Part shown: positions 1-14,700 of the stretch, one piece after another | Position numbering within the stretch: the stretch's first letter is position 1 | How the letters are laid out: each line of letters begins with the position of its first letter | Origin: Eledone cirrhosa | Lineage: Eukaryota | Direction: 5' to 3' | DNA: 64,000 bases | Assembly: GCA_964016885.1 (NCBI GenBank) | Contig: OZ024760.1 | Coordinates: 28,706,001-28,770,000, forward strand | Translations under genes and position numbers: made by a program | Notes under the pieces: model-generated | Told to the model about the DNA's origin: nothing | What the model saw: the letters and a program-made list of their open reading frames with translations, nothing else | The model's database searches: none

Positions 1-1402
<1,402 letters not shown>

Positions 1403-1408
<6 letters not shown>

Positions 1409-1497
1409 AGAAATTACATGAATCAAAGTTCTGTTTAAGCCATTTATTCGTGAATAAATGGTTTAAACAGAACTTTGATTCATGTAATTTCTATATA
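1403..1497. repeat. Near-perfect ~95 bp palindrome (fold-back)
   Basis: atatagaaattacatgaatcaaagttctgtttaagccatttattc / gaataaatggtttaaacagaactttgattcatgtaatttctatat; one mismatch, 2-nt loop. Confidence 0.92.
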
Positions 1498-1686
1498 ACT
1501 GCTCTGTAAAACAACTGATGTTATTATATTGTGCTATTTATCTTACTGGTAATAAGGTAGTAATAAATTACTGTCTTTCACTGTGTAGGGTTGAAAATAT
1601 ATATAACTATAAAAGGTTTTAGTATATACATAACCATAAATAGTATCCTTAATACTATATTTATATATATATATTTATATACATAT

Positions 1687-2030
1687 GTAGGAGGTGAGTT
1701 TTATTGTAGTACAATAAAGCAATGCAGATATCGGATAAGAAGCACTCTACAGTTTGTAGGACTGGAGTATACATAATATATAAGATCAAAAGATGGTTAA
1801 AGGAGTTCCATGTATTTTATTATGCGCATTTCAAAAACAAACATCATCATGCAATAATATTTGTGTTTTCATCAGATAAAACAGGAGGACATGATATGAA
1901 GGCTAAAAAACACTTGTGGATAGTACAGTTTTAAATCAACATATGAAAAGTAATTTTAGATTGATGTGTGATATTGGGAAAAATATTTTATTTAGAGAGG
2001 GGGGGTGGAAAGGATGAAAAAAAGGGGAGG
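1687..2030 (-). mobile_element. Hammerhead-bearing non-coding repeat, family B (Penelope-like pLTR/retrozyme-like), copy 1
   Basis: Near-identical copies at ~21495, ~23465 and ~35412; on the minus strand the hammerhead is followed by AATAAA just before the end (..tacAATAAAactcacctcctac). Confidence 0.65.
1813..1883 (-). ncRNA. Type I hammerhead ribozyme, family B
   Basis: Minus strand: UGUUUUAU CUGAUGA aaacacaaa..uuuguuuuu GAAA ugcgca UA AUAAAAUA; 8-bp stem I, long stem II, palindromic stem III. Confidence 0.8.
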
Positions 2031-2376
2031 AGATGAGAGTGAAGGTGGAGAGGGAGAGATGGGTGATAGAGAGAAAGAGATAGTTTTTATAACTGAGAAA
2101 AGATATATTGTTTTACATAGAGAGGTTGAAAACCGTTGGAAGATAATGTATAAATTAAAAGAATTTGAAAATTAACGAAGGGAAAAATATGTACGAAGAA
2201 GGAGAGGGAGTTAATATGTATTGAGATTAAAAAGTTTGATGATAGAGAGAAAAGAATAATGGATTGCGGATGAATATTCTAACGTCATATATATATATGT
2301 ATGTACATTTAAATCATATATATAGGTTATAAATATATACATATATACTACACGCACACACACACACACATATAAT

Positions 2377-2715
2377 CTGAGGTTAACTTTGCCTTTCATC
2401 CTTACGGGGTCAGTAAAATAAAGTACCAGTCATGCACTGGGGTCGATTTAATCGACTTTCCCTTCCTCTCAAATTGTTGGCCTTGTGCCTATAGAAGAAA
2501 CCATTATTATTGGCAGTGTCAGTAGAGCATTGGACACCATGCTTTGTAGCATCGAGTTACGGCCTTTTAACTTCTGAGTTCAAATCCCACCGAGGTTAGC
2601 TTTGGCTTTAATCCTTATGGGGGGGGGAGGGGTCAATAAAATAAAATACCAGTAATACACTGGGGTCGATTTAATCGACTTTCCCAAATTGTTGTCTCTG
2701 TTCTTAAATGAGAGA
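2377..2715 (+). mobile_element. Two adjacent copies of a tRNA-related SINE (gaggttaactttgcctttcatcc..aagtaccag family)
   Basis: B-box-like gagttcaaatccc and a conserved central domain shared with copies at ~17.1, 18.7, 18.9 and 55.4 kb. Confidence 0.7.
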
Positions 2716-3121
2716 ACATTAAGAAGTGTGAAAGGAAATGTTATCTGTAGACAATAGAACCAGTGGGATGTTAGAGAAAGTGGAATATAATAAGACTCGA
2801 CTCCTATGGTTTCTTGGAGGTGAAACATTAGTAACCTTTAACAATAATTAACCATGGAACGAAGGAAGAAATAAGTCAGAGAAGAAAGGAACCAACCATT
2901 ATTGTATTCTTGGTTTATTGCCGATACTATCTGACAGTTATAACTCCTTTCTGATGAAAAGAGTCACTCACCATAGTCCGTTGAAAAACCTTCTCTATTC
3001 TGTCTGCTGGGATGGTCATCACGTGGGCAGCCAGCGCTTGGGTGGCTAGCATGTGGACTGCCAGTGCTTGGGCAGCCTATTTCTGGGCAGCCAACGTGTG
3101 GATGGCCAGCGCTTGGGTGAC

Positions 3122-3272
3122 TAGACTGAGCCTATTATATTCCACATCTGGACTGAGCCTATTATATTCCACATCTGGACTGAGCCTATTATATTTCACA
3201 TCTGGACTGAGCCTATTATATTTCACATATGGACTGAGCCTATTGTATTTCACATCTAGACTGAGCCTATTA
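3122..3272. repeat. 27-bp minisatellite, ~5.5 copies
   Basis: Unit actgagcctattatattccacatctgg. Confidence 0.93.
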
Positions 3273-3319
3273 TCAGCTTTTGGTGGGGGTGTGGGCTACA
3301 TTATTTAGAATCTTCATCC

Positions 3320-4048
3320 GAAGCTGAAGCATATAGACAGTATGCCTCCCTCTCCCACCGTAAAGTGGTTGTGGAGGTGTCACAACAAAAATCACCCAGT
3401 CCACACTGTAAAGTGGTCATGGAGGTGTCACAACAAAAATCACCCAGTCCACACTGTAAAGTGGTCATGGAGGTGTCACAACAAAAATCACCCAGTCCAC
3501 ACTGTAAAGTGGTTGTGGAGGTGTCACAACAAAAATCACCCAGTCCACACTGTAAAGTGGTCATGGAGGTGTCACAACAAAAATCACCCAGTCCACACTG
3601 TAAAGTGGTCATGGAGGTGTCACAACAAAAATCACCCAGTCCACACTGTAAAGTGGTCATGGAGGTGTCACAACAAAAATCACCCAGTCCACACTGTAAA
3701 GTGGTCATGGAGGTGTCACAACAAAAATCACCCAGTCCACACTGTAAAGTGGTCATGTAGGTGTCACAACAAAAAGCACCCAGTCCACACTGTAAAGTGG
3801 TCATGTAGGTGTCACAACAAAAATCACCCAGTCCACACTGTAAAGTGGTCATGTAGGTGTCACAGAAAAAAAGCACCCAGTACCCACGGTAAATGAGGTT
3901 GGTGTTAGGAAGGGCATCCGGCTGTAGAAATCAAGTCAAAATCAGTTCCATATGAGCAAGACAAGGTCTCCTGGCCTGGCATTACTGACAACAGGACAAC
4001 CCATCTAACCCATGCTAGCGTGGTAGAATGGACGTAAAATGGTGATGA
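3320..4048 (+). mobile_element. RTE LINE 3' UTR fragment with an internal 48-bp unit amplified ~11 times (3359-3890)
   Basis: Flanks match the RTE 3' UTR at 37478-37733 (aagctgaagcatatagaca..ggttggtgttaggaagggcatcc..ggacgtaaaa..gatgat). Confidence 0.85.
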
Positions 4049-4237
4049 TATTGGCTCTCATGTATGTATATTCCATATGTCGTTTCTGGGGCATTTTTTA
4101 AAACCTAAACCTGGCAGACCCCATCTCCTTTCCAGGCCTCAATACAAGATAGACAGAGTGAGAACATGGAAGGGTTGGGGGAGATATAGAGAAAGAATAG
4201 ACTCCAGTAGTAGACTGGTACTTTTCATCGACCTCCA

Positions 4238-4615
4238 GTGGTGGTGGTGGTGGTGGTGGTGGTGGTGGTTATCTCAACTAAAGATAAGTTCACTTCATTA
4301 TATCTCTTCTTCTTCTTTCCTTCTTCTTCTTCTTTCCTTCTTCTTCTTCTTCTTTCCTTCTTCTTCTTCTTTCCTTCTTCTTCTTCTTCTTCTTCTTCTT
4401 CTTCTTCTTCTTTGCCTTCTTTCCTTTTCTTTCCGTCTTCTTTCCTTATTCTTCTTCATCTTCTTTCCTCCTTTTCCTTTCTTCTTTCCTGCTTCTTCTT
4501 TGTCTCCTTCTTCTTCTTCTTCTTCGTTTTCTTCTTTTTCTTTCTTTCTTTTCCTTTCTTCTCTCCCCTCCCTCCTCCTCCCTCCCCTCTGCTCCCCTCT
4601 CCCCTCTACCTCCTC
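4238..4615. repeat. (GTG)n followed by (TTC)n/pyrimidine-rich simple repeat
   Basis: Directly visible. Confidence 0.95.
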
Positions 4616-5127
4616 TAAACACATTATATTATATAATTAACCAGTCCAGAGCTATATTATTCCCCCTACTCTGCCAGTTACCTCCCCTTTCAGAGGTTCT
4701 TCTATATCACACAACAAATGCTATCTTCGCTTCATTCATAATTAATCCAGTCAAAAGTTCTCCATACATATTTAATTCTTTATTTACGCAAAAGAACGCG
4801 ATTATGTCTAGCATTTCCTGTATGGCTGGCTATTAATTCCGGATGTGTGTGTTTGTATGATGTGTATATATATATAGACTTATGTGTGTGCTGTATATAT
4901 ACATATAGACATATATATGTGCTGTATATATACATATAGACATATATATGTGCTGTATATATACATATAGACATATATATGTGCTGTATATATACATATA
5001 GACATATATATGTGCTGTATATATATACATATAGACATATACGTGTCTAAATGTATATATACACTACATATATATATAGTTATATATATATATATATAAT
5101 TATATACATCACACATATATATATATA

Positions 5128-5850
<723 letters not shown>

Positions 5851-6129
5851 CATCATCATACCACAGACCCTCCATCTCAACTCTACTTTTGAAAAGCAGA
5901 AGAACTGTGAAACCGGTAAAGGAACCAAATAAATATATATATATTTTTTTTAAAAAGACTCCAGTTGCATTTTTGATTTCATCTTTTTTCCTTATACTTT
6001 CACTCGTGTAGGACACCTCGTTTTTTTTTTCATTTTGTAAAAAAACCTCACTTTCTAATACACTTATCATAGTCATCATCATCATCATCATCACCATTAT
6101 GCATCCATTTTTGTACACTTGCGTGGGTT

Positions 6130-6750
6130 ATATGAAATAATGAAATAAATGAAATAATGAAATTATTGTATACAGTGCTCAGGTGCACTACAACTCATCA
6201 AAGGTGCATGTATAGTACATAGAATAATGTACAAATGTCAGGAAAGTGAATAGTGTATGAATCACGATATACATGTGTATGTGTGTATGGAGGGGGAATA
6301 TCAGGTGTAGTGTTGGCGAATCTCAGGAAGCATAGAGGTTTTAAAGGATGCAGTGTCCCGACAGCTAACAACTGATGCAGGTAGTTCCATGGAGGTTTTA
6401 AAGGATGTAGTGTCTCGACAGCTAACAACTGATGCAGGTTATTTTGTTCCATGGAGGTTTTAAAGGATGTAGTGTCTCGACAGCTAACAACTGATGGTGG
6501 TAGTTTGTTCCATGGAGGTTTTAAAGGATGCAGTGTCTCAACAGCTAACAACTGACGCAGGTAGTTTGTTCCATGCTTCAGCAACTCTGAAAAAATGTTT
6601 CTGAAAGTCATGGGAGCTGTGCTGTTTTCTGACTTTGTAGGCATGCCCACGTGTGTTAGACACAAGGAAATCAAAAAGGTGCTCAGCCATGTTGTTGGCA
6701 AGATGGTTAATAATTTTGCGGGTGTTAACCAAGTCAGTTGCCAGACGATT
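6130..6750 (-). mobile_element. CR1-clade LINE 3' fragment with a 61-bp unit repeated ~4 times
   Basis: Peptide TRGHAYKVRK..FFRVAEAWNKLPASVV..SFK matches the CR1 ORF2 C-terminal motif; followed by 3' UTR. Confidence 0.8.
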
Positions 6751-7009
6751 ATATATTAGGTATATTCATAGATAGAACAAAAAGTGCTACCTAAGGCTTC
6801 AAGGTCCAATTATGACCATCTATCCATGACTAGAACTGTTTCATTCGTATGAAATCATCAGCAATGAAACAGTTTTAGTTCTGGAGAAGTCATTTCTATA
6901 TAAAATAAATATGTTTCTTCTCTACTCAGGTATTCTGCAACCTATATAACTGGTTTTCTTCCAATATCCTCTGGGAAACCATCCTCCATTACACACACTC
7001 ACACACGCA

Positions 7010-7288
7010 CCATCATCATCATCATCTTACGTCCGCTTTTCCCTGCTTGCAAGGGTTGGACGGGTCCTGTTCAGCACAGCATCTCTCCACTTGTCACGGT
7101 CCTTCGTCATCTCCTCCGTAAGCTTCAGCGATCTGAAGGTCTGCTCTCACCACCTCCGCCCATGTTTTTCGTGGTCTTCCTCTACTGTATCTTCCTTCTA
7201 CTGGGATTTCTTGGCACTTCTTTACCCAGCGGTCATCCTCCATGCGCATCACATGTCCATACCATCGCAGTCTTCTTTCCCGCACACT
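7010..7288 (-). mobile_element. RTE LINE 3' end (same family as 62757-64000)
   Basis: [20 protein letters not shown] and (gat)n tail. Confidence 0.9.
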
Positions 7289-7499
7289 TATATATATATA
7301 CTATAAAAATATTGATGTAATTCAATTCAAGAACTCAACGTACATTTTCCTTACAGGAGTGACAGAGTGTTTATAGAATAAGGAAATACAAAGTTTAGAT
7401 GATAAAGTCCTTTATTGATAAGGTTGTGATACATATTTCGATGATGACAGAGGCTACATGGTGTAGAACCCACTGCTATGATCTCTTCAGACTGCATCT

Positions 7500-7708
7500 T
7501 ACATAATAAGGTTATTTACTCTTATATTTTCATTGTAAAGGCTTACCTCACATAATTATCTCACATAATATCAAATCTATGAGATCTTGATATTATTTAT
7601 TTTGAGAACAATACCTTAACGTCAGTATGAGTGGCCAGTTACGGCCAGTTTGAACAAACAGAGGTGAGAGAATTATGGCTGGATACGGCTGGTTCAAATA
7701 CTAAAGGG
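7500..7708. mobile_element. piggyBac-like MITE, partial
   Basis: Right end ..aatactaaaggg|TTAA; body similar to 17477-17741. Confidence 0.65.
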
Positions 7709-8499
7709 TTAATATATTAGGACAATACAACAGGCTTATATCGACGCTGGAAATAGCAGCCAATACCATCTAAATCAGCACAACAATGATGGTACAGTGA
7801 ATATTAATTTACAACTCTATAAAGTTAACTGTCTCTTATATGTAAACACCTCAATGAAAGGACAAGATATATATTAATAAATTAATAATCCAATCTACCA
7901 ATTTACCACCTCTCTCAAATCTTTAATTACGGTATTAAACTATAGAAATAAAGTTGAGTAATATTGTCGTTAAATTTCGAGATTTCTTTTTTAAAAGGGT
8001 TAATTTTACTTTTAATAAAAAACACACCATATATTTTTACATTAGAAATATTCTTATCAAGATGATTAATCTCCATATTTTCTGTTTTACGTCAGCTAAT
8101 ATTGGCACATCTCTTTGTTTAATTGCTCACAGCTATAAACAATTTAATAAAATTTGGTTAATAGAATTTTACACACATTAATAACATTTATTATATATGG
8201 CTGTTTCTGGAAATATATGTTTTAAATTTTATATTGGATAATTTATTTTTGTTTGTGTTGGTGCAGGCATTGTTAAGACTGAATTGATAGCAAATTGGCT
8301 CTTCAACCACATGGCGTTAGGTTTTAGTCCACTGGAGGACAGTTATTTTCTACTGTGTTTAACCTTGGGCTGACCAATGCCTTATGAGTGAATTTGAAAG
8401 GACTATAAATGCTATAAATGAGAGGAAAAGGAGGGGAAGAGTAAGGACTATTAGACAGGGGGAGACAGAGGGGAGAATGGCAGACCTTACACCTAGGTC

Positions 8500-8710
8500 A
8501 GTGTTTTGGTTGCACCCTGTGGTCAAAATGTCAAAGGCATTTCCTCGGACAATGGCCAACGACACCTGCTGCAACACTCACCTTCCTCGGGTGGGCTTCT
8601 ATCCATCCAATTTTCTGGAAGAGGTCATCTGTCTGGGGTTAAAGGACACCTCACTTTTCAACTGCTGCCATTCAAAGAGGAACCAACTGAACAAGCTCCT
8701 GGTTTTTAAT
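8500..8710 (-). mobile_element. Degenerate C-terminus of a restriction-like-endonuclease non-LTR element (CRE-like)
   Basis: Broken-frame peptides VPL.MAAVEK.GVL.P..DLFQKIG and LQQVSLAIVRGNAFDIL resemble the FVP.AVE..G..G / QR.S.AIQRGNA motifs. Confidence 0.6.
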
Positions 8711-8729
8711 CAGGATTGAATCTTAGTCT

Positions 8730-11700
8730 ATTAGTATCAACCACCACCAACCTGTTAGTATCAACCACCACCAACCTGTTAGTATGTTAGTATCAACCAC
8801 CACCAACCTGTTAATCTATTAGTATCAACCACCACCAACCTGTTAGTCTATTAGTATCAACCACCACCAACCTGTTAGTCTGTTAGCATCAATCACCACC
8901 AACCTGTTAGTCTGTTAGTATCAACCACCACCAACCTGTTAGTATCAACCACCACCAACCTGTTAGTCTGTTAGTATCAACCACCACCAACCTGTTAGTA
9001 TCAACCACCACCAACCTGTTAGTCTGTTAGTATCAACAACCACCAACCTGTTAGTCTGTTAGTATCAACCACCACCAACCTGTTAGCATCAATCACCACC
9101 AACCTGTTAGTCTGTTAGTATCAACCACCACCAACCTGTTAGCATCAATCACCACCAACCTGTTAGTCTGTTAGTATCAACCACCACCAACCTGTTAGTA
9201 TCAACCACCACCAACCTGTTAGTCTGTTAGTATCAACCACCACCAACCTGTTAGTCTGTTAGTATCAACCACCACCAACCTGTTAGCATCAATCACCACC
9301 AACCTGTTAGTCTGTTAGTATCAACCACCACCAACCTGTTAGTATCAACCACCACCAACCTGTTAGTATCAACCACCACCAACCTGTTAGTATCAACCAC
9401 CACCAACCTGTTAGTCTGTTAGCATCAACCACCACCAACCTGTTAGTCTATTAGTATCAACCACCACCAACCTGTTAGTCTGTTAGTATCAACCACCACC
9501 AACCTGTTAGTATCAACCACCACCAACCTGTTAGTCTATTAGTATCAACCACCACCAACCTGTTAGTCTGTTAGTATCAACCACCACCAACCTGTTAGTC
9601 TGTTAGTATCAACCACCACCAACCTGTTAGTCTGTTAGCATCAATCACCACCAACCTGTTAGTCTGTTAGTATCAACCACCACCAACCTGTTAGTATCAA
9701 CCACCACCAACCTGTTAGTATCAACCACCACCAACCTGTTAGTATCAACCACCACCAACCTGTTAGTATCAACCACCACCAACCTGTTAGTCTGTTAGTA
9801 TCAACCACCACCAACCTGTTAGTATCAACCACCACCAACCTGTTAGTATCAACCACCACCAACCTGTTAGTCTGTTAGTATCAACCACCACCAACCTGTT
9901 AGTATCAACCACCACCAACCTGTTAGTCTGTTAGTATCAACCACCACCAACCTGTTAGTATCAACCACCACCAACCTGTTAGTATCAACCACCACCAACC
10001 TGTTAGTATCAACCACCACCAACCTGTTAGTATCAACCACCACCAACCTGTTAGTATCAACCACCACCAACCTGTTAGTATCAACCACCACCAACCTGTT
10101 AGTATCAACCACCACCAACCTGTTAGTCTGTTAGTATCAACCACCACCAACCTGTTAGTCTGTTAGTATTAACCACCACCAACCTGTTAGTATCAACCAC
10201 CACCAACCTGTTAGTCTATTAGTATCAACCACCACCAACCTGTTAGTCTGTTAGTATCAACCACCACCAACCTGTTAGTCTGTTAGTATTAACCACCACC
10301 AACCTGTTAGTATCAACCACCACCAACCTGTTAGCATCAACCACCACCAACCTGTTAGTCTGTTAGTATTAACCACCACCAACCTGTTAGTCTATTAGTA
10401 TCAACCACCACCAACCTGTTAGTCTGTTAGTATCAACCACCACCAACCTGTTAGTCTGTTAGTATCAACCACCACCAACCTGTTAGTCTGTTAGTATCAA
10501 CCACCACCAACCTGTTAGTCTGTTAGTATCAACCACCACCAACCTGTTAGTCTGTTAGTATCAACCACCACCAACCTGTTAGTCTGTTAGTATCAACCAC
10601 CACCAACCTGTTAGTCTGTTAGTATCAACCACCACCAACCTGTTAGTCTGTTAGTATCAACCACCACCAACCTGTTAGTATCAACCACCACCAACCTGTT
10701 AGTATCAACCACCACCAACCTGTTAGTATCAACCACCACCAACCTGTTAGTATCAACCACCACCAACCTGTTAGTCTGTTAGTATCAACCACCACCAACC
10801 TGTTAGTCTGTTAGTATCAACCACCACCAACCTGTTAGTCTGTTAGTATCAACCACCACCAACCTGTTAGTCTGTTAGTATCAACCACCACCAACCTGTT
10901 AGTCTGTTAGTACCAACCACCACCAACCTGTTAGTATCAACCACCACCAACCTGTTAGTCTATTAGTATCAACCACCACCAACCTGTTAGTCTGTTAGTA
11001 TCAACCACCACCAACCTGTTAGTCTGTTAGTATCAACCACCACCAACCTGTTAGTATCAACCACCACCAACCTGTTAGTATCAACCACCACCAACCTGTT
11101 AGTATCAACCACCACCAACCTGTTAGTCTATTAGTATCAACCACCACCAACCTGTTAGTCTGTTAGTATCAACCACCACCAACCTGTTAGTCTGTTAGTA
11201 TCAACCACCACCAACCTGTTAGTCTATTAGTATCAACCACCACCAACCTGTTAGTATCAACCACCACCAACCTGTTAGTCTGTTAGTATCAACCACCACC
11301 AACCTGTTAGTATCAACCACCACCAACCTGTTAGTCTGTTAGTATCAACCACCACCAACCTGTTAGTCTATTAGTATCAACCACCACCAACCTGTTAGTA
11401 TCAACCACCACCAACCTGTTAGTATCAACCACCACCAACCTGTTAGTCTATTAGTATCAACCACCACCAACCTGTTAGTCTGTGAGTATCAACCACCACC
11501 AACCTGTTAGTATCAACCACCACCAACCTGTTAGTATCAACCACCACCAACCTGTTAGTCTGTTAGTATCAACCACCACCAACCTGTTAGTATCAACCAC
11601 CACCAACCTGTTAGTCTATTAGTATCAACCACCACCAACCTGTTAGTCTGTTAGTATCAACCACCACCAACCTGTTAGTATCAACCACCACCAACCTGTT

Positions 11701-14700
11701 AGTCTGTTAGTATCAACCACCACCAACCTGTTAGTATCAACCACCACCAACCTGTTAGTCTATTAGTATCAACCACCACCAACCTGTTAGTCTGTTAGTA
11801 TCAACCACCACCAACCTGTTAGTTTGTTAGTACCAACCACCACCAACCTGTTAGTATCAACCACCACCAACCTGTTAGAATCAACCACCACCAACCTGTT
11901 AGTATCAACCACCACCAACCTGTTAGTCTATTAGTATCAACCACCACCAACCTGTTAGTCTATTAGTATCAACCACCACCAACCTGTTAGTCTGTTAGTA
12001 CCAACCACCACCAACCTGTTAGTATCAACCACTACCAACCTGTTAGTCTATTAGTATCAACCACCACCAACCTGTTAGCATCAACCATCAGCAACCTGTT
12101 AGTCTATTAGTATCAACCACCAGCAACCGGTTAGTATCAACCACCACCAACCTGTTAGTATCAACCACCACCAACCTGTTAGCATCAACCACCACCAACC
12201 TGTTAGTCTGTTAGTATCAACCACCACCAACCTGTTAGCATCAACCACCACCAACCTGTTAGTCTGTTAGTATCAACCACCACCAACCTGTTAGCATCAA
12301 CCACCACCAACCTGTTAGTCTGTTAGTGTCAACCACCACCAACCTGTTAGCATCAACCACCACCAACCTGTTAGTCTGTTAGTATCAACCACCACCAACC
12401 TGTTAGTATCAACCACCACCAACCTGTTAGTATCAACCACCACCAACCTGTTAGCATCAACCATCAGCAACCTGTTAGTCTATTAGTATCAACCACCAGC
12501 AACCGGTTAGTATCAACCACCACCAACCTGTTAGTATCAACCACCACCAACCTGTTAGCATCAACCACCACCAACCTGTTAGTCTGTTAGTATCAACCAC
12601 CACCAACCTGTTAGCATCAACCACCACCAACCTGTTAGTCTGTTAGCATCAATCACCACCAACCTGTTAGTCTGTTAGTATCAACCACCACCAACCTGTT
12701 AGTATCAACCACCACCAACCTGTTAGTCTGTTAGTATCAACCACCACCAACCTGTTAGTATCAACCACCACCAACCTGTTAGTCTGTTAGTATCAACCAC
12801 CACCAACCTGTTAGTCTGTTAGTATCAACCACCACCAACCTGTTAGCATCAATCACCACCAACCTGTTAGTCTGTTAGTATCAACCACCACCAACCTGTT
12901 AGTCTATTAGTATCAACCACCACCAACCTGTTAGTCTGTTAGTATCAACCACCACCAACCTGTTAGTATCAACCACCACCAACCTGTTAGTCTGTTAGTA
13001 TAAACCACCACCAACCTGTTAGTCTGTTAGTATCAACCACCACCAACCTGTTAGCATCAATCACCACCAACCTGTTAGTCTGTTAGTATCAACCACCACC
13101 AACCTGTTAGTATCAACCACCACCAACCTGTTAGTATCAACCACCACCAACCTGTTAGTCTGTTAGCATCAACCACCACCAACCTGTTAGTCTATTAGTA
13201 TCAACCACCACCAACCTGTTAGTCTGTTAGTATCAACCACCACCAACCTGTTAGTATCAACCACCACCAACCTGTTAGTCTATTAGTATCAACCACCACC
13301 AACCTGTTAGTCTGTTAGTATCAACCACCACCAACCTGTTAGTCTGTTAGTATCAACCACCACCAACCTGTTAGTCTGTTAGCATCAATCACCACCAACC
13401 TGTTAGTCTGTTAGTATCAACCACCACCAACCTGTTAGTATCAACCACCACCAACCTGTTAGTATCAACCACCACCAACCTGTTAGTATCAACCACCACC
13501 AACCTGTTAGTATCAACCACCACCAACCTGTTAGTATCAACCACCACCAACCTGTTAGTCTGTTAGTATCAACCACCACCAACCTGTTAGTATCAACCAC
13601 CACCAACCTGTTAGTATCAACCACCACCAACCTGTTAGTATCAACCACCACCAACCTGTTAGTATCAACCACCACCAACCTGTTAGTATCAACCACCACC
13701 AACCTGTTAGTCTGTTAGTATCAACCACCACCAACCTGTTAGTATCAACCACCACCAACCTGTTAGTATCAACCACCACCAACCTGTTAGTCTATTAGTA
13801 TCAACCACCACCAACCTGTTAGTCTGTTAGTATCAACCACCACCAACCTGTTAGTCTGTTAGTATTAACCACCACCAACCTGTTAGTATCAACCACCACC
13901 AACCTGTTAGTCTATTAGTATCAACCACCACCAACCTGTTAGTCTGTTAGTATCAACCACCACCAACCTGTTAGTCTGTTAGTATTAACCACCACCAACC
14001 TGTTAGTATCAACCACCACCAACCTGTTAGCATCAACCACCACCAACCTGTTAGTCTGTTAGTATTAACCACCACCAACCTGTTAGTCTATTAGTATCAA
14101 CCACCACCAACCTGTTAGTCTGTTAGTATCAACCACCACCAACCTGTTAGTCTGTTAGTATCAACCACCACCAACCTGTTAGTCTGTTAGTATCAACCAC
14201 CACCAACCTGTTAGTCTGTTAGTATCAACCACCACCAACCTGTTAGTCTGTTAGTATCAACCACCACCAACCTGTTAGTCTGTTAGTATCAACCACCACC
14301 AACCTGTTAGTCTGTTAGTATCAACCACCACCAACCTGTTAGTCTGTTAGTATCAACCACCACCAACCTGTTAGTATCAACCACCACCAACCTGTTAGTA
14401 TCAACCACCACCAACCTGTTAGTATCAACCACCACCAACCTGTTAGTCTGTTAGTATCAACCACCACCAACCTGTTAGTCTGTTAGTATCAACCACCACC
14501 AACCTGTTAGTCTGTTAGTATCAACCACCACCAACCTGTTAGTCTGTTAGTATCAACCACCACCAACCTGTTAGTCTGTTAGTATCAACCACCACCAACC
14601 TGTTAGTCTGTTAGTACCAACCACCACCAACCTGTTAGTATCAACCACCACCAACCTGTTAGTCTATTAGTATCAACCACCACCAACCTGTTAGTCTGTT

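Noticed and set aside
2951-2995. ctgatga..gaaa hammerhead candidate
   Set aside because: No stem I, II or III pairing
3301-3896. Cys-rich repeat protein ORFs (also 44061-44714)
   Set aside because: 48-bp units are a multiple of three and derive from LINE 3' UTR
6828-6880. Hairpin containing ctgatga..gaaa on the minus strand
   Set aside because: Stems I and III cannot be formed convincingly
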